A DNA stretch of 64,000 nt from an uncultured archaeon (GTDB taxonomy: Archaea; Iainarchaeota; Iainarchaeia; Iainarchaeales; GCA-2688035), in the NCBI GenBank assembly GCA_964354805.1, contig CAYHBD010000010.1, forward strand, positions 1-64,000. The letters run 5' to 3'. The notes below the pieces were generated by a model, which worked only from the letters and a program-made list of their open reading frames with translations, made no database searches and was not told the DNA's origin. Both the position numbers and the translations under genes were made by a program. Positions 55,066-64,000 of the stretch are shown in pieces; within the stretch, counting starts at the first letter, position 1; every line of letters begins with the position of its first letter.

Positions 55066-55935
55066 TTGACTGTTGAGTTGAGTGTTCTTGCAGCGTTTGG
55101 CGCAATGCTTTGCTGGGGCTTTGGTGACTTTTTAATACAGAAAAGCGCGAGAAAGGTTGGTGACATTGAGGCGCTTGCTTTCATTGGCATAATCGGCTCA
55201 ATAATTCTCCTGCCTTTTGTTGTTCTTGAGCTGCCGCTTCTTTTTTCTTTTGAAAATATTGCCCTGCTTTGCTTTGTTGGAATTGTAACTCTTGTTGTTG
55301 CCTTGTTTGATTTTGAGGCATTGAAGCAGGGAAAGCTTTCCGTTGTGGAAATTGTGCTGGAAATAGAGCTGCCTGCAACAGTGCTGCTTGGGTTTTTGTT
55401 CTTTGCCGAAATTGTTTCAACCCAGCAAATAATATTGATTCTGTTTATTCTGTTGGGTGTTGCCCTGATTTCGCTTTCAAATATTTCAAAGCAGCAGTTC
55501 TTGAAAGGGTTAGAAAAAGGAATTCTGCTGGCAATAATATCCGGCATTGGGCTGGCTTTTTTGAACTTTTTCACAGCAGTTGCCAGCAGAAAAGTTTCGC
55601 CAATAATGGCAGTTTGGGCGCCATTTGTTGTTTTCACAATCCCTTGCCTGGCAATCATCTGGCGCAGGGAAGGTTTCAAAAAGCTTGCCGGAAACGCGGC
55701 CAAGTACAAATTCACTTTGCTCGGAATGGGCATTTTTGACACAATTGCCTGGGTTTTCTTTGCAATAGCTGTTTTCGAAAAACCGCTTGCCATCACAATA
55801 GCAATAACGGAAAGCTATCCTGCTGTAGCACTGCTGCTTGCAGTCTGCATAAACAAAGAGAAAATAAGAAAACACCAGTATGCAGGCGCGGCAATTGCGC
55901 TGGCAGCCTGCATTTTGCTTGGGTTGCTTGCATAA
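55066..55935 (+). CDS. DMT/EamA family transporter
   Basis: Ten TM helices in two repeats; WG.GDF, YP. Confidence 0.85.
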   Translation: MTVELSVLAAFGAMLCWGFGDFLIQKSARKVGDIEALAFIGIIGSIILLPFVVLELPLLFSFENIALLCFVGIVTLVVALFDFEALKQGKLSVVEIVLEIELPATVLLGFLFFAEIVSTQQIILILFILLGVALISLSNISKQQFLKGLEKGILLAIISGIGLAFLNFFTAVASRKVSPIMAVWAPFVVFTIPCLAIIWRREGFKKLAGNAAKYKFTLLGMGIFDTIAWVFFAIAVFEKPLAITIAITESYPAVALLLAVCINKEKIRKHQYAGAAIALAACILLGLLA

Positions 55936-55988
55936 TTGGCTTTTTTGCCAAAAAAGTTCTTCAACAAACCATTGCCCAAAAGATTGGG

Positions 55989-58226
55989 CTATTTTTTACC
56001 GGTTTTCATTTTCGGCTTGAATCTCTTAATCAAAAGCGAGTTTGTTACAACGCTTACTGAACTGAATGCCATTGCGCTGCCTGCAATCACCGGGCTTAAA
56101 AGCCAGCCGGTGAAAGGGTAAAGCGCTCCTGCTGCAACAGGGATTCCAATAACATTGTAAACAAATGCCCAGAAAAAGTTCTGCTTTATTTTTCGCATTG
56201 CAAAAGTGCTGAGCTGGATTGCTGCAACAACATCCCTTGGATCGTTCTTTACAAGCACAATGTCCCCTGCTTCAATCGCAATATCTGTCCCTGAGCCGAT
56301 TGCTATTCCCAAATCTGACTGGGCAAGCGCCGGGGCATCGTTTATCCCGTCGCCAACCATTGCAACTTTTTTGCCCTGCTGCTGCAGTTTCTTTATCTCT
56401 TTCTCTTTTTCAGCAGGCAGCACCTCCGCAAGCACTGTGTTAATGCCAGCCTGTTTTGCTATTGCTGCAGCAGTCCTTGCATTGTCTCCGGTAATCATTG
56501 CAACCTGCTTTCCCATTGCCTGCAATGCGGCAACAGCTTCCCTGCTATGCTCTTTCAGCGTGTCGGCAACAGCAACAACGCCTGCTGCTTTACCATCCAA
56601 TGCAAGAACCATTGCTGTTTTGCCCTGTGCTTCAAGGCTTTCAAGGGTTGAATTAATTACCTTCAAATCAATTTTTCTTTCCTGCATCAGTTTCCGGTTT
56701 CCAAGCAGAATCCTTTTCCCCCTGAATTTTGCTTCCACCCCTTTTCCTGTGATTGAATCAAATGAATCAGCATCAGGCAGCTGCATGCTGCTTTCCCTGG
56801 CCTTGTTAACTATGGCTTCTGCAAGCGGGTGCTCGCTTCTTTTTTCGGCAATTGCAGCATAAAGCAAAACATCTTTTTGCTGCATTGAGCCAGATACAAC
56901 CACCTCTGTAACAACAGGCTTGCCAACTGTAAGGGTTCCTGTTTTGTCAAAAACAATTGTGTCAATCTCTTTTGCTTTCTGCAGCGCGGCAGCGCTCTTG
57001 ATCAGAATGCCCTGCTCTGCGCCCTTTCCAGTGCCAACCATTACAGCTGTCGGTGTTGCAAGCCCCATTGCGCAGGGGCAGGCAATTATCAGCACTGAAA
57101 TGAAAACAGTTAATGCAAACAAAAAGCCCTGCCCTGTTGCAAGCCAGAATAAGGCTGCTGCAAGCGCAATCACAATGACTGCAGGGACAAAGTATGCGGA
57201 AATTTTGTCGGCAAGCTGCTGTATTGGGGCCTTGCTTGCCTGGGCATCCTGCACTAATTTGATTATTTGCGCAAGCATTGTTTCGCTGCCGACTTTTTCT
57301 GCCCTGAATTTGAATGAGCCTGTTTTGTTGATTGTTGCCCCAATCACCTTGTCATTGGCGGATTTTTCAACTGCAATGCTTTCACCTGAAACCATGCTTT
57401 CGTCAACGCTGCTGTGCCCTGCAATAACTGTTCCGTCAACAGGCACCTTCTGGCCTGGCTTCACCACAACAATGTCTCCGATCTGCACTTCTTCGATTGG
57501 TATTTCAATTTCTTTTCCGTTCCTTTCAACAATTGCTTTTTTCGGCTGCAGGCCAATCAGCTTTTTTATTGCCTGGCTTGTCCTGCCCTTTGCAACAGCC
57601 TCCAAATACTTTCCAAGCAAAATGAAGGTTATCAGGAAAGCAGCTGTTTCATAGTACAATCCCATTTCTGAGAAAATAGCTGAACCGGAAAGAATTGAAA
57701 AAGTTGCGATTACGCTGTAAACATATGCAGAACCAACGCCCATTGCAACAAGGCTGTCCATTGAAGGGCTTTTTCGCAGCAAAGCCCTAATGCCCCTTGA
57801 AAAAAATCCCCTGCCAACAAAAATTACAGGCGTTGCCAACAGAAACTGCAGCACTGCCTCGTTGCGCATTATTATTTCTGGAAGTGGCAGACCAAGCATT
57901 GCTGCAGCCATAAAATACATTAAGGGAAGGCTGAACAAAAGTGAAATTATGAAATTCCTTTTGAAAGAATTGGTTTCTTTTTCCCTTGCCTCTTTCTCCA
58001 AATCAGGCTTTACAACAGCATAACCTGCTTTTTTTATCGCCTCTTCAAGCGCGCTTTCATTAGCAATGCTTGGGTCAAAGCTAATTGTCGCCTTCTCTGT
58101 TGCAAAGTTAACGTAGGCACTGCGAACTCCTTTGGTTTTGCGCAGTGCTTTCTCTATTGTTGCAGCGCAGCTTGCGCAGTGCATTCCCTTAACCAGGATT
58201 GTTTTTTCTTCCTGCATAAAAATCAA
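55989..58226 (-). CDS. copA: Cu(I)-translocating P1B-type ATPase
   Basis: GMHCASC, CPC, DKTGT, SEHP, GDGIND, YN and MAFSS. Confidence 0.95.
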   Translation of the reverse strand: MIFMQEEKTILVKGMHCASCAATIEKALRKTKGVRSAYVNFATEKATISFDPSIANESALEEAIKKAGYAVVKPDLEKEAREKETNSFKRNFIISLLFSLPLMYFMAAAMLGLPLPEIIMRNEAVLQFLLATPVIFVGRGFFSRGIRALLRKSPSMDSLVAMGVGSAYVYSVIATFSILSGSAIFSEMGLYYETAAFLITFILLGKYLEAVAKGRTSQAIKKLIGLQPKKAIVERNGKEIEIPIEEVQIGDIVVVKPGQKVPVDGTVIAGHSSVDESMVSGESIAVEKSANDKVIGATINKTGSFKFRAEKVGSETMLAQIIKLVQDAQASKAPIQQLADKISAYFVPAVIVIALAAALFWLATGQGFLFALTVFISVLIIACPCAMGLATPTAVMVGTGKGAEQGILIKSAAALQKAKEIDTIVFDKTGTLTVGKPVVTEVVVSGSMQQKDVLLYAAIAEKRSEHPLAEAIVNKARESSMQLPDADSFDSITGKGVEAKFRGKRILLGNRKLMQERKIDLKVINSTLESLEAQGKTAMVLALDGKAAGVVAVADTLKEHSREAVAALQAMGKQVAMITGDNARTAAAIAKQAGINTVLAEVLPAEKEKEIKKLQQQGKKVAMVGDGINDAPALAQSDLGIAIGSGTDIAIEAGDIVLVKNDPRDVVAAIQLSTFAMRKIKQNFFWAFVYNVIGIPVAAGALYPFTGWLLSPVIAGSAMAFSSVSVVTNSLLIKRFKPKMKTGKK

Positions 58227-58275
58227 ACAAAATCCATTATGTTAATTATTGCGATTTGCTTTAAACAATTGCCCC

Positions 58276-59034
58276 CTATTTTGCCCCGCAGCCGCAGCTT
58301 GCTGTTCCGCAGCAGCTGCCGCCCTGGGCGGCAGCAGAGCCAGCCTGCAATTGCTTTGCAGCAATGCCTTCGCTCAGCTGTACTCCGCCGCTATTAAAGC
58401 CTTCCGCATTCGATTCGCTTACAACCTTTGCACTGTAAGTTTTGAATACCTCGATTGAGAGCAGCTGCTGCTTTGTTGTTTTGGCCGAATCAAATGTTAC
58501 ATCAAAAAAATTCGGGAACTGGAATGCAACGCTTGTTACCCCTGAAAGCTTGCGCAGCTCGCTTGAAATCAATGGTGCGTGGCCGCTGCAAGGGATTTCA
58601 ACCTGCAGCCTCAACTGTGAAATTGTTTGGTTGGTTGCGTTTGCAGCAGGCAATGTAGCAAGGCTTCCTGTATCAAAGTTTGCTGTCATTGGAAATATTA
58701 CAAGGAAAAGCAGCAGGTTAACCGCAATGGTGCTTCCGTACATTGTTGCAAGGTATTGCTTTTTTCTTGCAATTCCTGCAATTGAAAGAATGCCGTTCCT
58801 GCGCAAATAAAAAGCAGACGCAATTGTTGCAAAACCTATTGAGATTGCTATTAGAATGTAAAAAAACCACGGGTTCAGCAGCAGGGGCTTGAATAATTCA
58901 ACAGCAAATGTTGCTCCAAGCACCGAAGCAGCAATGAACCCAATGCAGCCAAGGTGCGGAATCAACCCAAACAAGATTCCCTGCCTTATGCTCGTTTTTT
59001 CTTTTGCTTTGTTTTCCGTTGAAATGTCTTGCAT
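58276..59034 (-). CDS. Membrane protein with HMA-like domain and Cys-rich tail
   Basis: PHLGC in TM1; IPCSGH HMA-like domain; C-terminal SCCGTASCGCG. Confidence 0.7.
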   Translation of the reverse strand: MQDISTENKAKEKTSIRQGILFGLIPHLGCIGFIAASVLGATFAVELFKPLLLNPWFFYILIAISIGFATIASAFYLRRNGILSIAGIARKKQYLATMYGSTIAVNLLLFLVIFPMTANFDTGSLATLPAANATNQTISQLRLQVEIPCSGHAPLISSELRKLSGVTSVAFQFPNFFDVTFDSAKTTKQQLLSIEVFKTYSAKVVSESNAEGFNSGGVQLSEGIAAKQLQAGSAAAQGGSCCGTASCGCGAK

Positions 59035-59058
59035 AAAATCACCTGCAACAATTGCAGC

Positions 59059-59089
59059 TGAAACCATATATATGGTTTCATGAAACCAT
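59059..59089. promoter_or_regulatory. Overlapping perfect palindromes (candidate operator)
   Basis: TGAAACCATATATATGGTTTCA (59059-59080) and ATGGTTTCATGAAACCAT (59072-59089). Confidence 0.75.
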
Positions 59090-59127
59090 TGAAAATTGTT
59101 TAAAAACAGTAGGTAGCACAAGTTTTC

Positions 59128-59643
59128 TTGATGGAACTGAAAATAGATTTCAGCAACAGGAAGGCAATCGCAGGCCTGATTGCCCTTGCATGCGTAATAG
59201 CTCTTGCCTTGTATCTGCCAAGCGTGATTTCGGCAACCAAATCAGAGGTATGCACGGTCGATGGGGTGTGCCTGCATGAGAAACAGCTCACGTTCTTAAC
59301 CCAGCTTGTGCCTGTTTTTGTGCTTGGGGGCATAGTCATTGGCGCAGTGGTTTTCTTTTTCGTGACATCAAAGCTGGAAGACAAGCAGAGGAATGTTAAG
59401 AAACTGTCAAGCGTAATGCTAAAATTCCTCAACCCTGATGAAAGAAAGCTTGTTGATTTGCTGATTGAAAACAACGGAAAGGCATTGCAGGCTGAACTGA
59501 CAAGGCTGCCTGGCATGAGCAAGGTCAAAAGCCACAGGATAATCCAAAGGCTCATGGACAGGGGCGTAATAGAAAAGGAAACACTTGGAAAAACAAATAT
59601 TGTGCGCTTCAGCAAAGAAATAAAAGAGGGGCTGTTGCAGTAA
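59128..59643 (+). CDS. Membrane-anchored wHTH regulator (COG2512-like)
   Basis: Two TM helices with CTVDGVCLHE loop; LNPDER..Q.EL..MSKVK.HR..L..RGVI..GKTN. Confidence 0.8.
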   Translation: MMELKIDFSNRKAIAGLIALACVIALALYLPSVISATKSEVCTVDGVCLHEKQLTFLTQLVPVFVLGGIVIGAVVFFFVTSKLEDKQRNVKKLSSVMLKFLNPDERKLVDLLIENNGKALQAELTRLPGMSKVKSHRIIQRLMDRGVIEKETLGKTNIVRFSKEIKEGLLQ

Positions 59644-60083
59644 TGTCGAAAAAAACATGGCAGCAATTCCATGCCGATGTCAAGAAATTGGTAGCTGGCT
59701 TTGGCAGCTATAAGCCTGATGTCATTGTACCTTGCATGCTCGGCGGCCTAATTCCAGGCGCAATAATTGCAAAAGCTTTGGGAATAAACGATGTAAGGCC
59801 GATTGACATTGAGAGAAAAGGAATGGAGAGAAGGCTTGCATACGATGTGCAGGGCAGCATTGCAGGAAAAAAGGTTCTTATAGTAGAGGATGATTTGCCT
59901 ACTGGGATAGGGCCAGCGCTTATAAAGAAACAGTTTGAGCAAAGAGGCGCAGCAGTGAAAATAGCCGCTGTTTACGTTAACAGCGAGAGCAAGCATCTTG
60001 CTGACTTTTATGCTGCCGAACTGCAGCAATTGCCAGATTACCCTTGGAAAAAACAGCATGCAGGCGACAGGCTGAGAAAATAA
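59643..60083 (+). CDS. Type I phosphoribosyltransferase
   Basis: GGLIPG; VLIVEDDLPTG; YPW. Confidence 0.8.
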   Translation: MSKKTWQQFHADVKKLVAGFGSYKPDVIVPCMLGGLIPGAIIAKALGINDVRPIDIERKGMERRLAYDVQGSIAGKKVLIVEDDLPTGIGPALIKKQFEQRGAAVKIAAVYVNSESKHLADFYAAELQQLPDYPWKKQHAGDRLRK

Positions 60084-60126
60084 GCTTTAAATCATTCTTC
60101 TATAAATTAATAAAAGGGGATTCGAT

Positions 60127-60924
60127 TTGATTGACTCAGCTGCATTGCTCGAAAAAGTGCGCGCCCAGAAACCTTTGGTGCATCATATAACCAATTGGGT
60201 AACTATTTACGATTGCGCGAACATTGTGAGGGCAATCGGCGCCCTGCCTGTAATGGCTCACGCAATTGAGGAAAGCGCTGAAATGCAATCTATAGCAAAT
60301 GCGCTTGTTCTGAACATTGGCACACTTACCCCCTCATTGGTTGAAAGCATGATTGCTGCTGCAAAAAAGGCGAATGAATTGCAGCTCCCTGTTGTATTGG
60401 ATGCTGTCGGAGTTGGAGCAACAAGGCTGCGGACAGAAAAAGCAAAAGAGATTCTTGAAAAAGTTCGTGTTGATGTATTGAAAGGAAACAAAAGCGAAAT
60501 AGCAAAATTGGCCGGTGCTGATGTTCTCACTCGGGGGGTTGAAGCAAGTGCCGTTGAAGGAAATATTATTGAGTTGGCAAAAAAACTTGCAGCAGAGAGG
60601 CAAAATACTGTTGTTGTAACAGGTGCGCAAGACATTGTTGCATCTGCAGGGAAAAATTTTCTGGTGAAGAACGGGCATTCCCTAATGGGCAAATTCGTTG
60701 GAACAGGCTGCATGGCTGCCTCTTTGATTGGATGCTTTGCTGCTGTTGAAAAAGATTATGCAAAAGCAAGCGCTGCTGCCTTGAGCTGCTTTGGGATTGC
60801 AGGCGAGCTTGCGGCAAAAAAAGCAAAGGCACCGGCTGCATTCAAGCAGCAGCTGTTTGATGAATTGTACAATCTCAAGCCAGCGGTTGTTAAAAAAAAG
60901 CAGAAAATAGAGGAATTAAAATGA
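60127..60924 (+). CDS. thiM: Hydroxyethylthiazole kinase
   Basis: PLVHHITNWV, LNIGTL, KGNKSEI, GTGC. Confidence 0.95.
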   Translation: MIDSAALLEKVRAQKPLVHHITNWVTIYDCANIVRAIGALPVMAHAIEESAEMQSIANALVLNIGTLTPSLVESMIAAAKKANELQLPVVLDAVGVGATRLRTEKAKEILEKVRVDVLKGNKSEIAKLAGADVLTRGVEASAVEGNIIELAKKLAAERQNTVVVTGAQDIVASAGKNFLVKNGHSLMGKFVGTGCMAASLIGCFAAVEKDYAKASAAALSCFGIAGELAAKKAKAPAAFKQQLFDELYNLKPAVVKKKQKIEELK

Positions 60925-61556
60925 GTGCAAAGGCAAAAATTGCCGGGCTGTACTTTATCACAGACGGCAGGCTTAGCAAACAGGGCATTTTTGCTGATGT
61001 GCGACAGGTTATAGCAGCAGGCTGCAGCATTGTGCAGTACAGGGAAAAAGAGAAGGAAACAGGTGAAATGGTTGCAGAGGCAAAGCAGATTGCTGCCCTG
61101 TGCAAAAAGAACAAAATTTTGTTTTTAATTAATGACAGGATTGATGTTGCTTTGGCTGTTGATGCTGATGGCGTTCATTTGGGTCAGCAGGATATGCCTG
61201 TTGTAATTGCAAGGAAACTGCTTGGGAAAAATAAAACCATTGGCTTAACAGTGCACAGTGTTGAAGAAGCAGCGCAAGCGCAAAATCAGGGTGTTGACTA
61301 TGTAAGTGTTTCCCCGATTTTTTCTACAGCAACAAAGCAGGATGCAGGAAAGCCTGTCGGCATTGAATTGATTAAAGAGATTAAAAGAGCGGTGAAAGTG
61401 CCTGTTGTTGCAATAGGCGGCATTAATGAGCAGAATGTGCAGCAGGTTTTGCAGACAGGCGCTGACAGTGTTGCAATAATTTCAGCAATTGTATGCGCTG
61501 GCAATGCTGCAGAAGCAGCAAGAAGGATTATTAAAAAAATAAGTGAATTTGAATGA
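60921..61556 (+). CDS. thiE: Thiamine-phosphate synthase
   Basis: QYREK, INDRID, GVHLGQQD, TATK, AIGGI. Confidence 0.95.
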   Translation: MSAKAKIAGLYFITDGRLSKQGIFADVRQVIAAGCSIVQYREKEKETGEMVAEAKQIAALCKKNKILFLINDRIDVALAVDADGVHLGQQDMPVVIARKLLGKNKTIGLTVHSVEEAAQAQNQGVDYVSVSPIFSTATKQDAGKPVGIELIKEIKRAVKVPVVAIGGINEQNVQQVLQTGADSVAIISAIVCAGNAAEAARRIIKKISEFE

Positions 61557-62797
61557 CAACACAATTGGAATTTGCAAAGGCAGGAAAGACGACAAGGGAA
61601 ATGCAGCAAGCTGCAAAAAGCGAGCCTGTTAATGCAAGGCAGCTGCAAAAGCTGATTGCGACAGGAAAAGCTGTTCTGCCAGCAAACAGCAGGCACCGCA
61701 ACCTTAAGCCTATCGCAATCGGCAGCGCCCTGCGCACAAAAGTGAATGCGAACATTGGCACTTCGCCGCTTAAGGCAAGCTTGCGAGAGGAATTGCAGAA
61801 AATGCGGGTTGCTGTTGCTGCAGGCGCTGATGCAGTAATGGATTTGAGCATTGGCGGAAACATTGATGCAATAAGAAAAGCAATTCTGCGCAAAGCGACT
61901 GTTCCAATTGGAACAGTTCCAATTTACCAGGCGTTTGTTGGAAAGAATCTGAGTGCTGTAAGCGAAGATGATATGTTCGATGCAATTGAAAAGCACTGCA
62001 ATGACGGAGTTGATTTCATTACTGTTCACAGCGGAGTGACAAGAAAAGCGATTCCGCTCGTGCGCAAAAGGCTTACCGGAGTTGTAAGCAGGGGCGGCTC
62101 GCTGCTTTTGAGGTGGATGCAGTACAATGCCCTGGAAAACCCGCTTTACAAAAACTTTGATTATGTTCTGGAAATTGCAAAAAAGAATGATGTAACTCTC
62201 AGTCTGGGCGATGGATTGAGGCCAGGCTGCCTGCATGACGCAACCGACAGGGCGCAATTGCAGGAGCTGAGGCTGCTCGGCAGCCTTGCGAAGAGGGCAA
62301 AAGCAAAGGGAGTGCAGGCAATGATCGAAGGACCAGGGCATGTTCCATTGAATCAGATTGAACGAAATGTGAAGATGCAGCAGCGCCTGTGCAATAACGC
62401 GCCTTTTTATGTTCTCGGTCCTATTGTTACAGACATTGCGCCGGGCTATGACCATATCACAAGCGCAATTGGAGGCGCATTAGCAGCATACTATGGCGCT
62501 TCTTTCATTTGCTATGTTACGCCAAGCGAGCACTTGAGCTTGCCAAACGCGCAAGATGTGCGAGATGGCGTCATTGCAGCAAGGATTGCAGGGCATGCTG
62601 CTGATATTGCAAAGGGCTTGAAGGGGGCACAGCATTGGGATAATGAAATGTCTTTTTACAGGAAGAAACTGGATTGGGAAAAAATGTTTCAATTGGCAAT
62701 CGATAAAGAGAAAGCAATTGCTTACAGGAAGAGGTCAAAGATAAAGGGAAAGGAATGCACAATGTGCGGTGAATTTTGTGCAATGAAGGGGATGTGA
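61553..62797 (+). CDS. thiC: Phosphomethylpyrimidine synthase
   Basis: KVNANIGTS, MDLS, GTVPIYQ, SRGG, EGPGH, CTMCGEFC. Confidence 0.97.
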   Translation: MTTQLEFAKAGKTTREMQQAAKSEPVNARQLQKLIATGKAVLPANSRHRNLKPIAIGSALRTKVNANIGTSPLKASLREELQKMRVAVAAGADAVMDLSIGGNIDAIRKAILRKATVPIGTVPIYQAFVGKNLSAVSEDDMFDAIEKHCNDGVDFITVHSGVTRKAIPLVRKRLTGVVSRGGSLLLRWMQYNALENPLYKNFDYVLEIAKKNDVTLSLGDGLRPGCLHDATDRAQLQELRLLGSLAKRAKAKGVQAMIEGPGHVPLNQIERNVKMQQRLCNNAPFYVLGPIVTDIAPGYDHITSAIGGALAAYYGASFICYVTPSEHLSLPNAQDVRDGVIAARIAGHAADIAKGLKGAQHWDNEMSFYRKKLDWEKMFQLAIDKEKAIAYRKRSKIKGKECTMCGEFCAMKGM

Positions 62798-62812
62798 AAA
62801 TTTGGGCAGAAA

Positions 62813-63772
62813 ATGCAAAAGAGGGCAATGAAAATGCAGCTGAAGGAAATCGGCGAAATGGCTTTAATCAAGAGGATTGCAAGAAAACCAAAGCACAAGG
62901 AAGTGCTGGTTGGAATTGGCGATGATGCCGCTGTTGTAAGGTTTGGCGGAAAGCGGCTGGTGCTTACTGTTGACACTTTGGTGCAAGATGACCATTTTTC
63001 CCTTAAATGGTTTTCAGCAAAGCAGGTTGGAATGAAGGCAATTGAAATAAACGTTTCGGACATCGGCGCAATGAACTCTGTCCCATTGTATGCCCTGGTT
63101 TCACTCTGCCTGCGGAAAGATACCCCGCTTGCGTTTGTTGACGGCTTGTATGAAGGGATTTACAGCGCTGCGCGAAAATATAAAGTTGATATAATTGGCG
63201 GAAACATGGCTCATGGAACCCAGATAGTGGTTGATATAATGCTGGTTGGGGAGGCAAAGGGAAAAATTCCCTTGCGAAGCAATGCAAAACCAGGTGATTT
63301 GATTATCGCAAGCGGAACTCTTGGGGCATCAACAGCAGGCCTGAACCTGTTTTTGAAAAAAATAAAGGGATTCAATGCTGTGAAGAAAAAGCACTTGGAA
63401 CCAAAAGCCCAGCTGCGCAAAGCATATGCCATTGCAAAATACGCTAACGCGATGGAAGACTGCAGCGATGGCCTGGCAAGCGAGGTCAGAAACATATGCA
63501 ATGCAAGCAAATGCGGTGCGGTAATTGAATGGGAGAAAGTGCCTGTTTCAAGGGAAACAGAAAAAGCTGCAAAAGCGCTTGGAAAAGAGGCAAAAGACTT
63601 TGCCCTCTTCGGCGGCGAAGACTTTGAATTGATTGCAACAGTGCCGCGCAGGTTTGCGAAAAAAGTTCCTGGCTTTGTTGTTGGCGAAATAATTGGAGAA
63701 AGGAAAATTTACCTGAAAAAAGGCGGAATTAAGAGAGAATTAAAAAAGGCGGGCTTTGACCACTTTGCTTAG
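62813..63772 (+). CDS. thiL: Thiamine-monophosphate kinase
   Basis: GIGDDAA, NVSDIGAM, DCSDGL, GGEDFEL, GFDHF. Confidence 0.95.
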   Translation: MQKRAMKMQLKEIGEMALIKRIARKPKHKEVLVGIGDDAAVVRFGGKRLVLTVDTLVQDDHFSLKWFSAKQVGMKAIEINVSDIGAMNSVPLYALVSLCLRKDTPLAFVDGLYEGIYSAARKYKVDIIGGNMAHGTQIVVDIMLVGEAKGKIPLRSNAKPGDLIIASGTLGASTAGLNLFLKKIKGFNAVKKKHLEPKAQLRKAYAIAKYANAMEDCSDGLASEVRNICNASKCGAVIEWEKVPVSRETEKAAKALGKEAKDFALFGGEDFELIATVPRRFAKKVPGFVVGEIIGERKIYLKKGGIKRELKKAGFDHFA

Positions 63773-63784
63773 AACAAGCCGATT

Positions 63785-63943
63785 TTACGCCTTCTTTACC
63801 TTGTGCTTCAGCCTGAGTGCTTTGCTTCCGCACTTTCTGCATTTTCTCGGCTTTCCCGTGCCGCTCCTGTTCTTTGCATTGCACCGCATGCAAACCCACT
63901 GGTTCTTGAACAGCCTTGCATCAGCTTCCTCAACCCTTGCCAT
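63785..63943 (-). CDS. rpl40e: 50S ribosomal protein L40e
   Basis: Manual translation [52 protein letters not shown]; not in the ORF track. Confidence 0.88.
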   Translation of the reverse strand: MARVEEADARLFKNQWVCMRCNAKNRSGTGKPRKCRKCGSKALRLKHKVKKA

Positions 63944-64000
63944 AAAAAACACCTAATGCCCAGAAATCGATTTAAATTCGAAACAGGCTCAATTAATCTT

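Noticed and set aside
60060-60126. TPP riboswitch upstream of thiM
   Set aside because: Only CTGAGA is present, inside the PRTase coding end; the rest of the aptamer consensus and the space for it are missing

Overview
Archaeal chromosomal segment, most likely from a DPANN-type archaeon (inferred: Iainarchaeota/Diapherotrites-like). Archaeal markers are FEN-1, aMBF1, L40e, DGGGP synthase, RibL, FtsZ, a class III signal-peptide pilin and BHB-intron tRNAs. These sit alongside purine (purL, purQ, purA, guaB) and thiamine (thiM, thiE, thiC, thiL) genes. Main accessory feature: a ~10.9 kb element (20899-31791) integrated at the 3' end of tRNA-Ser(GCT) and bounded by an exact 11-bp att repeat. It encodes a tyrosine integrase, a divergent RHH/wHTH switch, an Sm-like protein, a compact AEP primase with a PriL-like Cys cluster, a helicase-like ATPase, a histone-fold protein, a second P-loop ATPase, small membrane proteins, an acylphosphatase-like protein and an AbrB-like protein. 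Other notable signals: three tRNAs missed by the ORF track, one with two introns (15/16 and 37/38); a REP/BIME-like palindromic repeat family that also fills two tRNA introns; a sigma-70-like protein; several orphan ORFs with Arg/Lys-rich N-termini, some bracketed by short duplications of neighbouring gene ends; a copper locus with a membrane-anchored regulator and a perfect 22-bp palindrome; an IS-flanked sugar isomerase/aldolase operon; and a 1963-aa multidomain surface protease. All calls come from reading motifs by eye; no database searches were run.
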